From: Phoronis australis
Lineage: Eukaryota; Animalia; Phoronida
Reading direction: 5' to 3'
Length of the DNA stretch: 64,000 nt
Assembly: GCA_002633005.1 (NCBI GenBank)
Contig: NMRA01000249.1
Location: forward strand, 196,073-260,072
Shown here: positions 36,260 through 50,400 of the stretch, piece after piece
Layout of the letters: every line of letters starts with the position of its first letter
Numbering within the stretch: the stretch's first letter is position 1
The notes under the pieces: generated by a model
What the model was told of the DNA's origin: nothing
The model's input: the letters and a program-made list of their open reading frames with translations, nothing else
Databases searched by the model: none
Made by a program: the position numbers and the translations under genes

Positions 36260-38740
36260 CGTTCATGTAGGAAAACAGCTGCTTTGCCCCACTGGCTTAT
36301 GTCAAAACTGTAATGCTAAACTGCTATAGAAGTCTAAGCGTCAGACCAAAAATTGAAAGGGCCTAGAAACACATAGCAATGTTTCAAGACACAAGAAGTA
36401 GTAAAGCTGAAGGTGCTAAAAGTGACACCGATGTTGCCAAAGATTTCTCAAGAAAATCGAACAGACTTTCAATATCTGAAACACCAAATTAACCATTTCT
36501 ACAGTAAGTACGTACACATGCGTTCATAATTTGAGAGCATGAAAAGTACATGTATGTTATAGACCACATTTCGAGTAAGAGAAAAAAAGAACAACTTTCG
36601 AGTTTTGAATAAAAAACAGCTACACGTATGTCTTTTTGTACGTTACATCTTTGTGTTTTTCAAGTGTGTTCAGTAAATTATCTTCGGTTATTTTTTAACT
36701 GCTTCAGCCCCTAGGCTGCCCAGGTATTAGACAATACTTCCGTCTCAACTTCCCCCAGTAGAGATGTTGGCCATTCCATAGTCCCGCCATATGTATCACA
36801 CTGATTAAACCATACGTAAGGTGTCTCAGGTCGAACAAATACTCCTGCAATCGAATGATTTTCGAGCAGTCCGTGGTTCAGTTGACCAAAACAGCAATTG
36901 GCCATTTTTACACTGCTCGTGCCATTGGATAATTTCTTGTCGCCATAATGCGAGTGTGATTTTAAGCACTTTAAAGCAAAATTGTTTGAGAAGATTAAAT
37001 CAGCATGCTGAAGCTGCCGTCATCCCTGCCGTAATCCTGGGACAGGGGAAACCCCTTCTCAATTTTTGTAAACTTAAATTACTTGATAAGTGGCTGCAAC
37101 GGTAACTAAATTGGAATGCCCTAGTTGCTAGTGTACCTGTCGTAATCTGACGGGACAGGGGAAGCACTTGCCCAGTTTGTCAAACGTCGATTACCTCAAT
37201 GACTTGTAAATCTTTTACTACAGTATGACCATTCTCATTAAAAAAATAGTTTCGATCATTGCACTGGTACATCAGCTAACTTATTTTCAACCGTATCAAC
37301 TAATCTAGTTGTCAAACGGTCAACCTTATTAGACGACAGATCAGATGGCATGTAAATGTTTTAGATTGTTGGTGGATAAATTCCTGATAACTCTGGCTGT
37401 CTAAACAAAATTGTATACCAACACACTGGTCGTTAAATGTTGAATAAGGGTTAACAGTTTGCGTTTTTCTTTTGTTGGACTCAGTCAGGGGACATGGATA
37501 TGCAAATGGCATAAATGGATAAAAACCTTGTGGCTTAAAAATGCGAAATACCACAGATTCTGTTATTAAACTAGAAAGAAAAAGATCGTGAAGAGTGAAG
37601 AATCCACAGTTTTACGAAGATGTTTTTCTACACTGTTTGGAGTTTATTGAATCAAAGTTTCTAATACATGGAGATGTCAGTTGCCTTTCAAATCAAAAGC
37701 AATGGTACGCTTCACAAAGCTGGTGTGCATGAAGTTATTTGGTCAGGCAATCTTAAGAAATGCATCTTGAATCTACCCGCAGTTACAGTTCGTGCCCAAC
37801 TAAGAGATACGGAAGTGAGTTGGGGCGGGCTAGTGTTCAATAATTCTCTTGCTGAAAAAACAGTTAACGCAGCTCACTACCACATATTTTGAATCAAACC
37901 CGGGACCAAATCCTGTCTGCCTCCAAAGAAGGACTCAGCGTCACCATTAATTCCATACATGTAAGTGACTCCTTGGCGGTGGAGGTTTGCGAAAGGGATA
38001 GTGATATCCAGAGCTGTCCATTGACAGTATCGATGACGTACGTTGCAAGTGCAAAAAGAACATGTCTGGGAGGAGAATGAATATGAGCCGCGGTGCTGGG
38101 TTAAACTGTACAGAAATGTGCAGTTGTGACAACTGTAGAAACATCAGCATCACTGACTTTTTACAAGTTTGGATAAATGTTTGGCAATGAAGATGATATA
38201 TTTTACAATAAGTCAATCGTAGTGAATAGACCGTCAACTTATCCAAGCCCGTTATTTCGTTATATCAGTATTTGTGTTTAAAGACTGTGTATTGTGAATT
38301 TCATTTGGTACACATATTGATCATTGTTATGTATTTGTCTGATACTTAATTAGACACTGCCAGAATAAGTATTTTCATACATCGATGTGCACGTTCGCTA
38401 AGATCATTCAACTATGGTGTTAAATACTCAATATAGTTCTGGTATGTTATGCAAACAAATTTTATTTTATTCCATTAGTGAATGGAGCAGTCGCTGAAAC
38501 ATATTTTGGTCACTCTCAAGTGTACCGTGGTAATTTGCTCGCCAGACAATGCCAGAATAACCTCCTGGTAGCATCCAGATTTGGTTAATAGTTCTGCCGT
38601 TATGTGTCACTTTGTGTTTTTTAAAATTCACTATTTGCTCAGTGTACTCTCCTAAAAAGGTGAAACATGTTTTATCTTTAAATACAATGACATTGATGAG
38701 AGCTGATTACTCGTTTTACAAAAAAGGTACGAACCGTGTT

Positions 38741-39075
38741 CTTTTTACAACTATAAGTTCACTTAGAGGTCTTTGGTATCTATTAGCCTACATAACTTTT
38801 TACAACTATAAGTTCACTTAAAGGTCTTTGGTAACTATTAGCCTACGTAACTTTTTACAACTATAAGTTCACTTAAAGGTCTTTGGTAACTATTAGCCTA
38901 CGTAACTTTTTACAACTATAAGTTCACTTAATGGTCTTTGGTAACTATTAGCCTACGTAACTTTTTACAACTATAAGTTCACTTAAAGGTCTTTGGTGGT
39001 AACTATTAGCCTACGTAACTTTTTACAACTATAAGTTCACTTAAAGGTCTTTGGTAACTATTAGCCTACGTAACT
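38741..39075 (+). repeat. 55-bp minisatellite, 6 near-identical copies
   Basis: Unit ctttttacaactataagttcacttaaaggtctttggtaactattagcctacgtaa starting at 38741, 38796, 38851, 38906, 38961, 39019. Confidence 0.95.
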
Positions 39076-42000
39076 TCAAACCCAAATTTCTCAAAAATGT
39101 GCAATTTTTTGTGGGAACTTTTTAGATTTTGAACAGACTCTAGTAAGTGAATAATAGAACACCAAAATAAAATTGCTCCCCTCCATAATACTCACAAAAA
39201 CTATTTTCCCAAGAAGACTACAAAATTCAGCCCAACCCAAGTTTCTTTCAATGCGTGTATGTGCCATTTTCAAATTTGTTATTTTATGGATGGCCAAGCG
39301 TTTTGTGATACGCCTACTGGGCGATTATCTCTTCTCACTCAAGTTCGATCATACAAATGACGTCGAATACCGAAGCATCGAAGGGTGAACCTAACAGCAA
39401 GAATACATATTCGTACCCTCGCCACACCAACTCGTCTTTACACGTACTTTTAATTTGTTGTCGAGTCCGATGGGTAACGGAAACACAATGATAATTTCAC
39501 CTTCCCTGTATACGGTGTTAGTTCGAAGTAATTGGGCACACCTGTAAGGGCGGGAGCCAACCCAAGCGACTTCCCGAGCAAGGAACTGGATGCGGTCGAA
39601 AAATTGATAGCCTAACAGAGAGCATTAGGTACATGAACTATAAGTGAAAAATTATTACGTATATTTTAACTTTTATTTATAACTACGTATTCGGTTTTTA
39701 AGACATTGGTGTAAGGCGGTAAACCTAAAAACAAAAGTCGTCTGTCAACATATAAGCTGACCAGCAAAGTAAACGTAACATGAAAAGCTATTCTTTGTTT
39801 TTGTTCAAGTGACATATTTAAGCACCTTGAAGTTCGAGTTTTGAAATAACGTGTCGTCTGCACATGTATAATCAGCGGAGATTCGACTTTTGACAATCAC
39901 TACGAAATTGTTCAGCCAACTTGTCTATTTCGGACTCCCGGAGAGAATTAACCTGTAGTTGCTATTGAACTGCCATGCCCATGGATCTAATTGACGTACG
40001 CTGTACATGCGTGTGGTACCGTGACGGCACCGGTAGCTTTAAGAAATTTATTGATGAAAGGGGCGAATTTCTTTATGGGATGCCTGGCAGCGGTCTGTCA
40101 ACACATAGCACTTTCGTACAGGGGCAGGCCCTGTGTTACGCGCTCATTGGTAACCAAGTCAGCGTTTTTGCTCCTCACTTTCTTCCTCTTATGTCGACCC
40201 TAACATTTTTCTTGTTAACACCGATTTTGCGCACCCCCCATATGGATTTTGCGGCGCTCTTCCTCGGGCTGTGCCCGGGGCATTTGCCACCGCTACTAGC
40301 GGTACAACATAATACGCTACGAACATGTATACATGAACTACAGAACTTGTTCAACGAAGTTTGCATTTGAGACAAATCTAAGGGTCTTTTTATTTACAGT
40401 GATTGCTGGGGATGACACCCCCTGGATGCCTAGGTAAGTTGCCCGTTCCTCCACTCCTTCAGTACGGCAGCCAGCTCTGATACAGACAAACCATAAATAC
40501 TTCTATTACCATTTTTGTAGCGAGACAACAACGCACTACAATACAGTGTTGATAAATGTACTCTCCTGCCGTACCGTTATAGCACGTATTGTGGTCGTCT
40601 TGTCAATCAAATGTCAAGGTCGCCTTTGAGGTGTCAGTACAGTGAAAAATTATCGCACTTTGATCGCGTTCTGTTACCTTTACTTATACTTTTGAACAAC
40701 AAGTAAAAGGAGAAGAAATCCTGCGAAGATAATTTGCTGCGTGTTATAGGCGTGAACGAGGCTGGCACAGTCACGTGTGATTGATTTGACTACATCAGTA
40801 CACCACTTTATTAACTCAAAAGTTTAATTCAACACGACTTCTGGCCGGTGAGGGGGGCCTGGGGGAAATTTCGAGAATTCGAGTCTCATTTGATGCAATC
40901 TAGAGGCCTTAAATTGCCTGTTATGGCGTACTGGATGAAAATATTGATCCGGGGGACCTGTCGGACCGGTTCTGACACACACACTGTTTGCCTCCTATAG
41001 TCATTTCTTACCATACTTTGCCAATAACGCTAGACAATTGGAGCCATTGGCAACAGGGATGTTCAAGGCTTTTGCTTTCACGCGACAAAAGACAACAAGA
41101 GGCTGAAGAAAACATTAAAACATTTTATCAAGATTCAAGTAGCTTGCATTATGCACTCTTTGCAGCAGTGAGGAAGAAAGGATCCCACCAAGGTTGAGGC
41201 GGTTTTGCAACGGATATCATGATGCATCACTCTTTTGTGCCTCCCCTGTGGCTAAGACAAGGAGAAATGTAACAATCTTCAATACAATGCATGGCCATGA
41301 GGTTGAATTCAAATTTACATGTCAAATCATGGCATTTTTCCCAATACAGTACGAGTCCCCCATTTCAGGCGAAGTGGGTAAAAAGGTCCGCCTCAAAGAA
41401 AGAAAAAGTCCGAGAAAACGAAACAAAAGTCCACTAAAAAGACATAAACGCACAATCCACAACTCCGAACGTGGTACTCAGTTTTTTTTAGTCCACCGGA
41501 TTTTTTGTTAGCAAGAGGTCCACATCTTCTAATATTCGAGCCCCCATGTTACAGGCTGGCTGTGCGCATGCAGTCTTTTCCCCTACTGTTCAGATAGAAG
41601 GACGTCATCCTGAAATTTGATGTCGTTCGCCATTATTCCAGGCAAAATAACAACGAATCAATGCAAAATCATCATTTTTCAAATAAAAATATGTTTTTTC
41701 GAAAAAAAAACATTCCAATATTTCTAAATTAATAAATGACTCTGCGATTTCTGAGCAATTAATATCCCTAAAAACACTGGGTAGAACGGTATTCGGTTAT
41801 AACATGCATTTTACAGGTTAAAAACTGTAAAGCTGATTTTAGAAGGCAAGCCTCTTCCAGAGATATGAAGCTTGATTTTTGATGTTATACGCTTTTATAA
41901 ATATCCAACAAGCTAACCAAAACTATTATACTTTGGATTTCTATTTTTTAAGTAAACAATTTCGAAATCAATACTCACAAACTGTACGACACGGTGGAAC

Positions 42001-44333
42001 TTTAATGCATAAATGATTGATGTCTTCATTAAGTATTCATAGAACAGATTTTACTGGGATCTCAAAATAATTGCTATCATGCCTTCGATGAGATAAAATT
42101 GTTTCACAGCATATTAGTTTATTGGCTAATATCTAAATGGGTTTTTCCTCAAATGTTTCTATGAATAATGTATTAATAATGTATTAATAATGATACTTAT
42201 ATAGAACATTACTTGTATGATGCACCAGCCTCTGTCTAGTCTACTATCCTTAGTCACCTACATGTAAGTATGTTTGGCACGATACGCGCTCTGGCAGAGG
42301 CAAAACACACAGCAGCAGCTCAATATGAAAAACAAAATCACATATCAACATGAATTTTCCTTCAGTTTTTCGACTCAGCTTTCATCGTCAGTGGAGAGAT
42401 ATCAGAAACAATTGCCGGGCAGGTGTGCAGGAATCCGTGAAGTCGCAGAGACGTCCGACTACAACAGAGTGCACACGGTAGAAACACAACTAACTAAGCA
42501 TAAATTTTGAGACCCCTAGTCTGAACAGCAGACACGGGATAAGAACGCAGCTCTTGTGTCCGTACACTATAGCACATGCTGAATGACTTTTTAGCGTATA
42601 CATATGTATCGTCTGCTGTAGACTTCATTTTCCACACTTTTACTTAGTTCAAGGGGGGTTTGCTTTATGATGTAGAGTAACAGCTTTTGCTTTGTTTTTG
42701 ACCACTGATACCAAACGACTGCCTGTGTCGTTCTCATTCACTTGATTTATAAACGCGAGTGACTAGTTGGTTTCGTTTCATTTCCATTTAAAAGGAATAT
42801 TATGGGAGTCCAGAAAAAAATACCCCTGACGGGAAGAGACAGCTCTTCATCCAGAACATATAGGCCTACGCTTCTACACAAAATGAGAAAACGAAAACAA
42901 TTTGAAAACAGACGGGAACAAGGTTCGTTTGGCCAAAATCGGTCCAACTACAATGCATGCTCAAACAATGGGTTCTGATCGTGCCTAATCTCGTGAGGTA
43001 AGATGTGAAAGGGAAATAGTTCCGAAAAGTGCACACGGTTTACCCCGGCATTTTTTAACGAGGTTGCGGCGGACACTAACATATATCCAGAAGTCCGACT
43101 TTTTTAAATCAAGATGTCGCTTTTTCATTTTGGAACGTTGCACTGCCAACCTTGTGTCTTTTGTGAAACCCTGTAGGTTCGCACTATTGGCCACGTGTCT
43201 CTTTGTTTTGGCGAGTTCTTTTCTCATTTTATAATCTGAGAATTTCATTGATTGAGATTATGGTAGACGTCGAACTCTGCCGTCGTAAAAAGCAGTGTAG
43301 ATATAGGGATCGGAAACTCCGTGGCTGCGTTCTAGATTAATCGTTTTCTGAAACTCCTGGAGTGTACTTGCAATGGGAAACCTTTTCCATTACATGATGA
43401 TGTAACTGAGTTGCGTTTTTTCCCTCACGGGTCTCACTCTCCCTCCTGTTTCTCTATCTTTCTCTCTCAATTTCTCCTCTTTCCTTCGATTAACGGTGAA
43501 CTCAGCGATAGTTATCGACTAATAGGCGGTAATTTTGAAAACTCTTCGGTCCTGCTGCCGATCGACGCCTATACAATGAACCGTTGGCCTACAACTGCTC
43601 GCACCACCTTCTGCCCTAGTTAACACGAGGTAAAGTTTAAACCCCACGTACAAAGTTAACACGTTTTAGAGATAATTAATTTAATTACGCACTGCAAATT
43701 TGGGCGTGAATGTTGAAAAATCCGGCGAACATGATTGAGCCCGTGTATGGGCTATATTGCCCGAAAACAAATTTTCACCCAACAAAGTAACCGAAGACCT
43801 TCGGATATTTTCACCGCTCACGATTCGGGTCCTGACCGAACCGTTGGAGTCGAGTCACTATTTAATTTTTCAGGTTTTATGAAACGTTTTTTTATTTCAC
43901 TACTCAATACCGTTATTTTAATTTTAAGTCAGTGTTGGTGGAATCAGAAGACTGGGTGGTGAGATGAATATGAGCAGCTTCAGTTCCCATGTCTGCTTGC
44001 TGAATTTTCAGCAGGAATAGATTCGTCATGCGTCATGCAACGGATTACTTTTGAATTTATCGCGCGGGACCGCTCACCGCCAGGGCCACGGTTGGCATTT
44101 GGGTGATGTCAGTTCCCGTCAACTTCTTGTTAATGTTACAGTCAAAGAACAGTGGGAATGCGACGGTGTTGATTTAGGGATCAAAGTCTCTTGTGCAAAA
44201 TCTTGCTTCTGAAATCAAGACATTTGATTAGTTAACTTTTTAATTACTGCCCCACAGTTTTTGATAACGTCGGTATTTACCGGCCACACCATTACCGGAA
44301 GAATCTGGGTTTGCCAAAAAGGCCCACTATGCA

Positions 44334-44413
44334 ATGATAAAACGTGTTGTTTCTAAGTGGAAATCATATAGGTATCGATTTGTCCCTTGGATTGCCTGGA
44401 ACTTTCGCGAAAG
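44334..44413 (+). CDS. SETD9: SETD9 exon 1
   Basis: MIKRVVSKWKSYRYRFVPWIAWNFRE, AG|gtagg donor. Confidence 0.9.
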
Positions 44414-47400
44414 GTAGGCGTACGTAAGCTGTTTAGACAAGACGGGTCAAAGATTAAAGACAGCTAACACTAACAGATTCGCAAACTACGACATCACACG
44501 GTCGTAATCTTCTTTAGACTCGTCGTAATAAATGAAGCGATGTGCTACCGTACAGGTATCCAAAGGCAATTTGGACGGCACTATAATAAAGAGATAGTAT
44601 AAAACTGCTGTTCAATGTGGTCCTTTAGGAACACATCAGATCACTTTTAATTGGAAGCAACCGACATAATTACAATTTTTTTATCTACGACGGTTACACG
44701 TCCACCACTAGTACATGTAGTTACATTTTTCGACACCGGCAGGCGGCAAATGCATTCATTACCTCTAGATTTTCTTAATACAGTCGGCAACATAGAACAT
44801 CATGGCATCTTTGACAGTTGATGTTATCCAAAGTTGATGAATGTCCTTTCTCATCAGGCTGCTCTCTTCCCTGTAAGATCGCTTCCATCAACCATTTGTA
44901 TTAGCAGGGTCTGGACAGGGTGCATGGAGAGGCTCATTACAATAATTCGCAATCTTGACAAGCTGACAGGCTTTCCATGGTGATAAGGTCTAAGATACGT
45001 GACTTTCAGGTGGTTCTCTGGCTGTACTTGCAGATTAGGTTGAATTGTCGATAGGAAGAATGTTTGAAGACCACCAAGCCAATATAACCCATTTTCCATG
45101 AACCATGCTCTTAGTTAGGCAATGACCATCGCCTCTGTTGGCCCGAACCAGAGGCGATGCAGAGGCTATAGGCGCTCTGTACGCCGGAAGCTTTTCGGCG
45201 AATTATGCCTCGCACCGACTAAACCATCAAAGCCACGTTGTTATAAATACCTTTTGCGCATAGAGGAACACCTGTCAGAGGAGGTTGTCGATGTGTTTAA
45301 AATCCTTCCAACTCGAACAAATACTCCCATTATCAAACTTTCTTCGAGCAGTCCCCATTTCAGTTCCCAAAATCGTGAACTCACCATTTTTATACTGCGC
45401 ACGCTCCAATTTTTACCGCGCTCGCTAGGTGATGTGACTTTATGACCTCAATCTTTAAATAGGCCAAAGGTGAGCCATTGCGGTCTTGTCAGTCAAATGT
45501 TCGTTCACTATAGCTTCCAAAATGCCACCACTTATACTTGTCTTTAATTGGCGTTACTTGAAACTGATTGTATTTCAATGAATTATTGTTTGTATTTGAT
45601 AAAAATAAATGCTGTTGATATGACATTTAATAGTCTTTGTGCACATATTTGACATTTTAATGTTTAACAACACGGCAAATGCACGGCTGGTTCCCGGCAG
45701 CATGTACGCGAAGGGCGGGAACTTCAGCTTTCAAAGTTCGCCGGTAGGTCCGCAACTTTTGACCTTCGGCCTGGTTAAAAAAATGAAAATGTTGATTTCA
45801 CGATTTTGGGAACTGAAATAGGGACTGCTCGAAGCAAAAGTTTCATAACGGGAGTATTTGTTCGAGTTGGAAGGAATTAAACACATCGACAACCTCCTAA
45901 GGTGTTCCTCTATGCGCAAAAGGTATTTATAACAACGTGACTTTGATGGTTTAGTCGGTGCGAGGCATAATTCGCCGAAAAGCTTCCGGCGTACAGAGCG
46001 CCTATCGCCTCTGCATTGCCTCTGGTTCGGGCCAACAGAGGCGATGGTCATTGCCTAGCTCTTAGTGTGCTGTGCCTCTAATGTTGATGTATTTGGTTGA
46101 TATTAAAGTATTCTTGTGAGGTTGTGAGCAGCCTGGCGAGCATGGGCATTGACCTGGTACTGGTAACATAAGCTGCCCAAAACACCTTGACAGTGAATGT
46201 TGCCGATTGTATTAAGAACGTCTGGAGGTAGTGATAGTATTTTTTATGTTGATATCAACGTATGTAACTGGTATGACAACCATGTGATGTAGACATATCT
46301 GCTCCCCAGATGAAAAGCCTTTCAACTACTTAAGCCGTGCATACCACAGATGTAAATCTGCATGTATCTTTTCTGTACTCCAGAACTGTCCGTAGTGTAC
46401 CAGACAGAGACCAGGACCGCATTCTCCCAACTGACAATGTAGTGAATTCGCTACAGTTGCTGTTTCAATCATTTCATGATGAAGTTCAGTGTGCTCAATC
46501 AAAAGATAGTGCGCAAGTTAATTCTGAGATAGTGCTCAGACAATGTGGATTTTCTGTGGAAAGATGCCCAAGTTCAATACACAATGGAGGATCTGGAGTC
46601 GTGGTGACGGAGGGCATTGTAGCCACAGGAAAAGTGGTAGCTTTGTACCCCGGTAAGTCTCCTAACCCTCATGTGATCCTGTTCAGTAATTATTCAACTG
46701 AATTTTTAAAGCCCCATGCAGTGTCATGGCCCCTTTTCTCTCAAAATTAGGGCCAAATATTGATCCCATTCCCCTCTCAAAAATATTAAAAAATTACACA
46801 TGATTTTTGTCATCAGATCAAAAAATTACCCTCTGAATGATTAAAAATTCCCGTCATGATTTCCCTCAGGCAACCTTAAAATTATCGAATTCGAACCCAC
46901 TAACTTTAGTCACGATGCGGCCAGACACCGGAAACGTCACAAACTGGTTTCATTATAACGCAACAGGCACTAAAAGAAATCTTCCATTCATCTGCAGCTC
47001 AAAATGGCACACAAACAATTTCTACAAGAGGAGAATTGCGAAAAGCCGTGTATATAGGAAAATACAGGAAAGTGTCTTTTTAGTGACGAACTTGCTGTGC
47101 ATTGCTCTAAGAAACAGTCTCATGCACACCGCATGTGAACAGCTAGCTCAGCAGGATAATTCACTGTGGTTTCAAACGACACTGTCATCTAAGAACAGAT
47201 CTCTTCTTGTCTATTCACTGACGTGGAAGAAGGACTGAATGGTCAAACTTGAGGATGTGCGGCACTATACACTGTTGTGAGATCTTAAAAATATTGGTTA
47301 GCTAAAACCTTAATTATTGTGCCAGCAAAGTGGGTTGTAAGATAGTGTTCCTTACAAACATTGGTGGTAGTAGTGCTGGCATATTCAGTAGCTAGTTTTA

Positions 47401-50400
47401 AAAGTTATTTTCCCCAATGGATGTTTTCTAAACATCTCCATTGTTCTGTAATGTTGAATACATAGTATGTCAGTTGCATTTCTTTAAGCACTCACTGCGA
47501 ATTGTGGTTTTATTGTTTATGTCTTTTTTAGGGACAGTCTATCAGCCATACGAGCCAGTTTTTTTCCAATCCATCAGAAACCCGTTCATCTTCCGATGCA
47601 TTGACAACGTTTATATTGACGGCAATGATAAGAATCTTTCAAAATTGATGTACAGGTAAAGATTGGTTGATGAACTTTTATTTGTTTGTTACTCGGTCAT
47701 TTTGTTTACTTTAGCTTCAGTTTGTTTCTTTGTTTGTACACTACAAGTCACATTTCTTTTCTGATTGACGCCAAATCTGTACTGATAAGCAAGGGGCATG
47801 TTGTTTTTTATTGTTTTTTGGGAAATCTGAGGGAGGATATCACTGTGGCAGTCATTTTTTCACTTTGCATATCCATAGGCCTTATAGATTTTCTGAAATG
47901 CGGTATGCAGAGAGATCTCGTCAAAGTGGTGACGTAACTCTGTTTATCTGTTGCTCCAACTTATCATTCTCTAGTCATTCAGGATTTTTCGATAGCTGCT
48001 GGTTTATTTGATTGATTTCTTAAGCTGTATCTCCGTTGACCTTTTATGTATCTTTCTGAAAGTTGGTGTTTGAGTAGATCTCCTCAAGAGCTAAAAACAT
48101 AATTTGTTTTTCAACGGGAATTAGCATTTAAGATTTAATGATTTTGTGACTGTTCTTTCATTGACAGATTCCTCTCTGTAGTTTTAGTGGTTTATTATAT
48201 GCACGCTACAAGTTGCATTTCTGCCTGATTGCAATGAAATTTACACACAACACATAAACGCTCGTAGCCTGTAATTGTGGGGTGAAATTGGGTGTGGTGA
48301 TTGTCATTTTTCAAATGTTTGCCCTTTGAGGAATTTGCTGAAATTGGGTGAGTGGATAGGTCCCATCAAGAGTTGCCTCGAATTTTGTTGTCCATTGCTC
48401 GCTGTGGCTTTCTGTTCTCAAACTATTCCAGATTTTCAGATCTTTTAACTGCTCTTTAATTCACTGTAGGTGGTTTATCATTTACTGTACACGACTGTCA
48501 TTTTGTCATCATTAATCATCATTGAATTCACCATCATTATCATCACCTTCAACATCATCATTCATTTATGTTTGTCAAGTGTTCAAGGCTGTGTTATATA
48601 GTTATCATGGTCATCGTCACCATTTTAATTAATTTTCTGGCAGTGTTGCTGTACAATGCTGTGAGACTTACTGTTTCATCACTTTTGACATCAACATTCA
48701 TCATCACTGTCCGTCATCGTGATTTTTCATTAAAACTGGCCACGTATCGTTCTGCAGAGTGTTGTCATGTCTCCATTTGTTGAAAATAGCATGTATGTAA
48801 AAATTATCATAATAGTATTTCGGATAATTTTACTTACTGATAACTAAAAATATGAATTTCTATGATCACCATGCCTTCAAGAAAAGTTGCCCATCCTTTC
48901 ATGTTTACTCCATATGCATTGCACTTCTAGTACTGTGGCTGGAAAGTGTCAGAGCGGGATACTTTATTCAGTTCCTACTAGATATTAAAGTTATTTTCAC
49001 AATCATAGACTTAAGCATCTTTATTTAAGCATTATAGTAAACTGGACAATGTTAGAAGTCAACAAGATGGCTGTCAAGATGCATTTTATTTTCTCTTTTT
49101 CCATAAAAAGACAATCATGTAGAATCAACTTAATGCTTCTCTAGCATACCTACCATCAAAAAATTTTAAAATAATTATGGCAATCACAATAATGTTGGAA
49201 AACAATTGAAAAATGAAAAAGGGTAATTTTGACAGTCATATTTTTCCAAAATTGATGAGATTCTACTTGCTCTATTGATAGACTTGTAATTCTCTATATT
49301 CTTAACTCCATGAGCAGATATAAGTGAATTGGTAGTCACAGCATTAAATCAAAACATTTGACGTTCACCAATGTGCGAAACAGGGTGTCCCAAGGTGATA
49401 GTGATTTTACCTATTAAACAGTGCTCACTAAAACATTAATTTAACTTGTGCCTCTGCCATGCTTATTTATCCAGAAATAGTGTTGTGAACAGTGCAAATA
49501 CTATTGTGGTATTGAGGGCTCTGTTCATTCCTGATTGTTTAGGTCCTGTGCCCACCGTGACAGACATGGACCTCATTTTACTTGTGACATGTCCTGGCTG
49601 ACCCCACTACCTGTCAACCCACTCAACATTGGCCAATATGTAAACAACCAATCAAAAAGTGAGTGACTTATGTGACGTGATGGAAGAGGACATCGTGTGC
49701 ATGTTGGTACAAAGTTCATTACATAATGTCATCTTTGTGTTCAACGCCGGACAGTCTATAACATTTGTGCTGTTGTTTGCCTCGCTTTAGAGCTCGCATG
49801 TCATTTTTCTATCACTGATGATTAAATTAATGTGAACTCGTCCGTCTTAATATTGAAATATTGGTCAACAAATTGAATCTGATTACATGGTTTTGTCTAA
49901 TTTTTATTTATTTCTTAGACGGGAATTAGTCTTAACCTATGTTTAACAAGGAATTCAGTTTCGTAAGCCAAACAGTTAAAGCATCAAGAATATCGTGTGA
50001 TATTGTGTTCAGATGAGGAGAATTGATGCCACCAGTCATCTCATACAAATCTTCTAACAGAGTACATGTACAAAGTACTGTAAAACAGGCCACATTTCTA
50101 ATGGTTACTGCAATTGCATTGCATGCAAGGCCAAGAACTGGGCAATTTTCTGGGACAACAATTAGTTCCATCTGCTTTAATCACTGACCTCGGTAGCAGT
50201 AACTGAAACAGACCAGATGCGTTTACAGATACTGTAACTAGGGACTAGGTGTTAATGTTTTAAATCCTTTTTTATTAATTGGTAGAGAAGACACAACTGC
50301 CCTTGGCTATCAACTGTCCAGAAACAGTAGCCTAGATTGAGAAACAATTCAATGACTGTAGCCATGGAAACATGCCACTTTATGAATGATGGTTACCACT

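Larger units (their letters stand above)
32833..39240 (+). mobile_element. Older, diverged Academ-like copy in opposite orientation, interrupted by nested insertions
   Basis: 32833-33100 is the diverged reverse complement of the right end of copy 1; homology resumes ~36270; Cys-finger remnant RCKCKKNM...GLNCTEMCSCDNCRN on + at ~38040-38145; 39075-39240 matches the other end. Confidence 0.75.

Noticed and set aside
38741-39075. CRISPR-like regular array (also 51690-52260)
   Set aside because: Head-to-tail tandem units with no unique spacers, no cas genes, eukaryotic context.
42985-43248. ORF faintly like a Crypton/DUF3504 N-terminus
   Set aside because: No catalytic motifs seen; similarity is impressionistic.
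45122-46051. Two near-identical 106-107 aa ORFs on opposite strands
   Set aside because: They are the two TIRs of one element; no recognisable domain.
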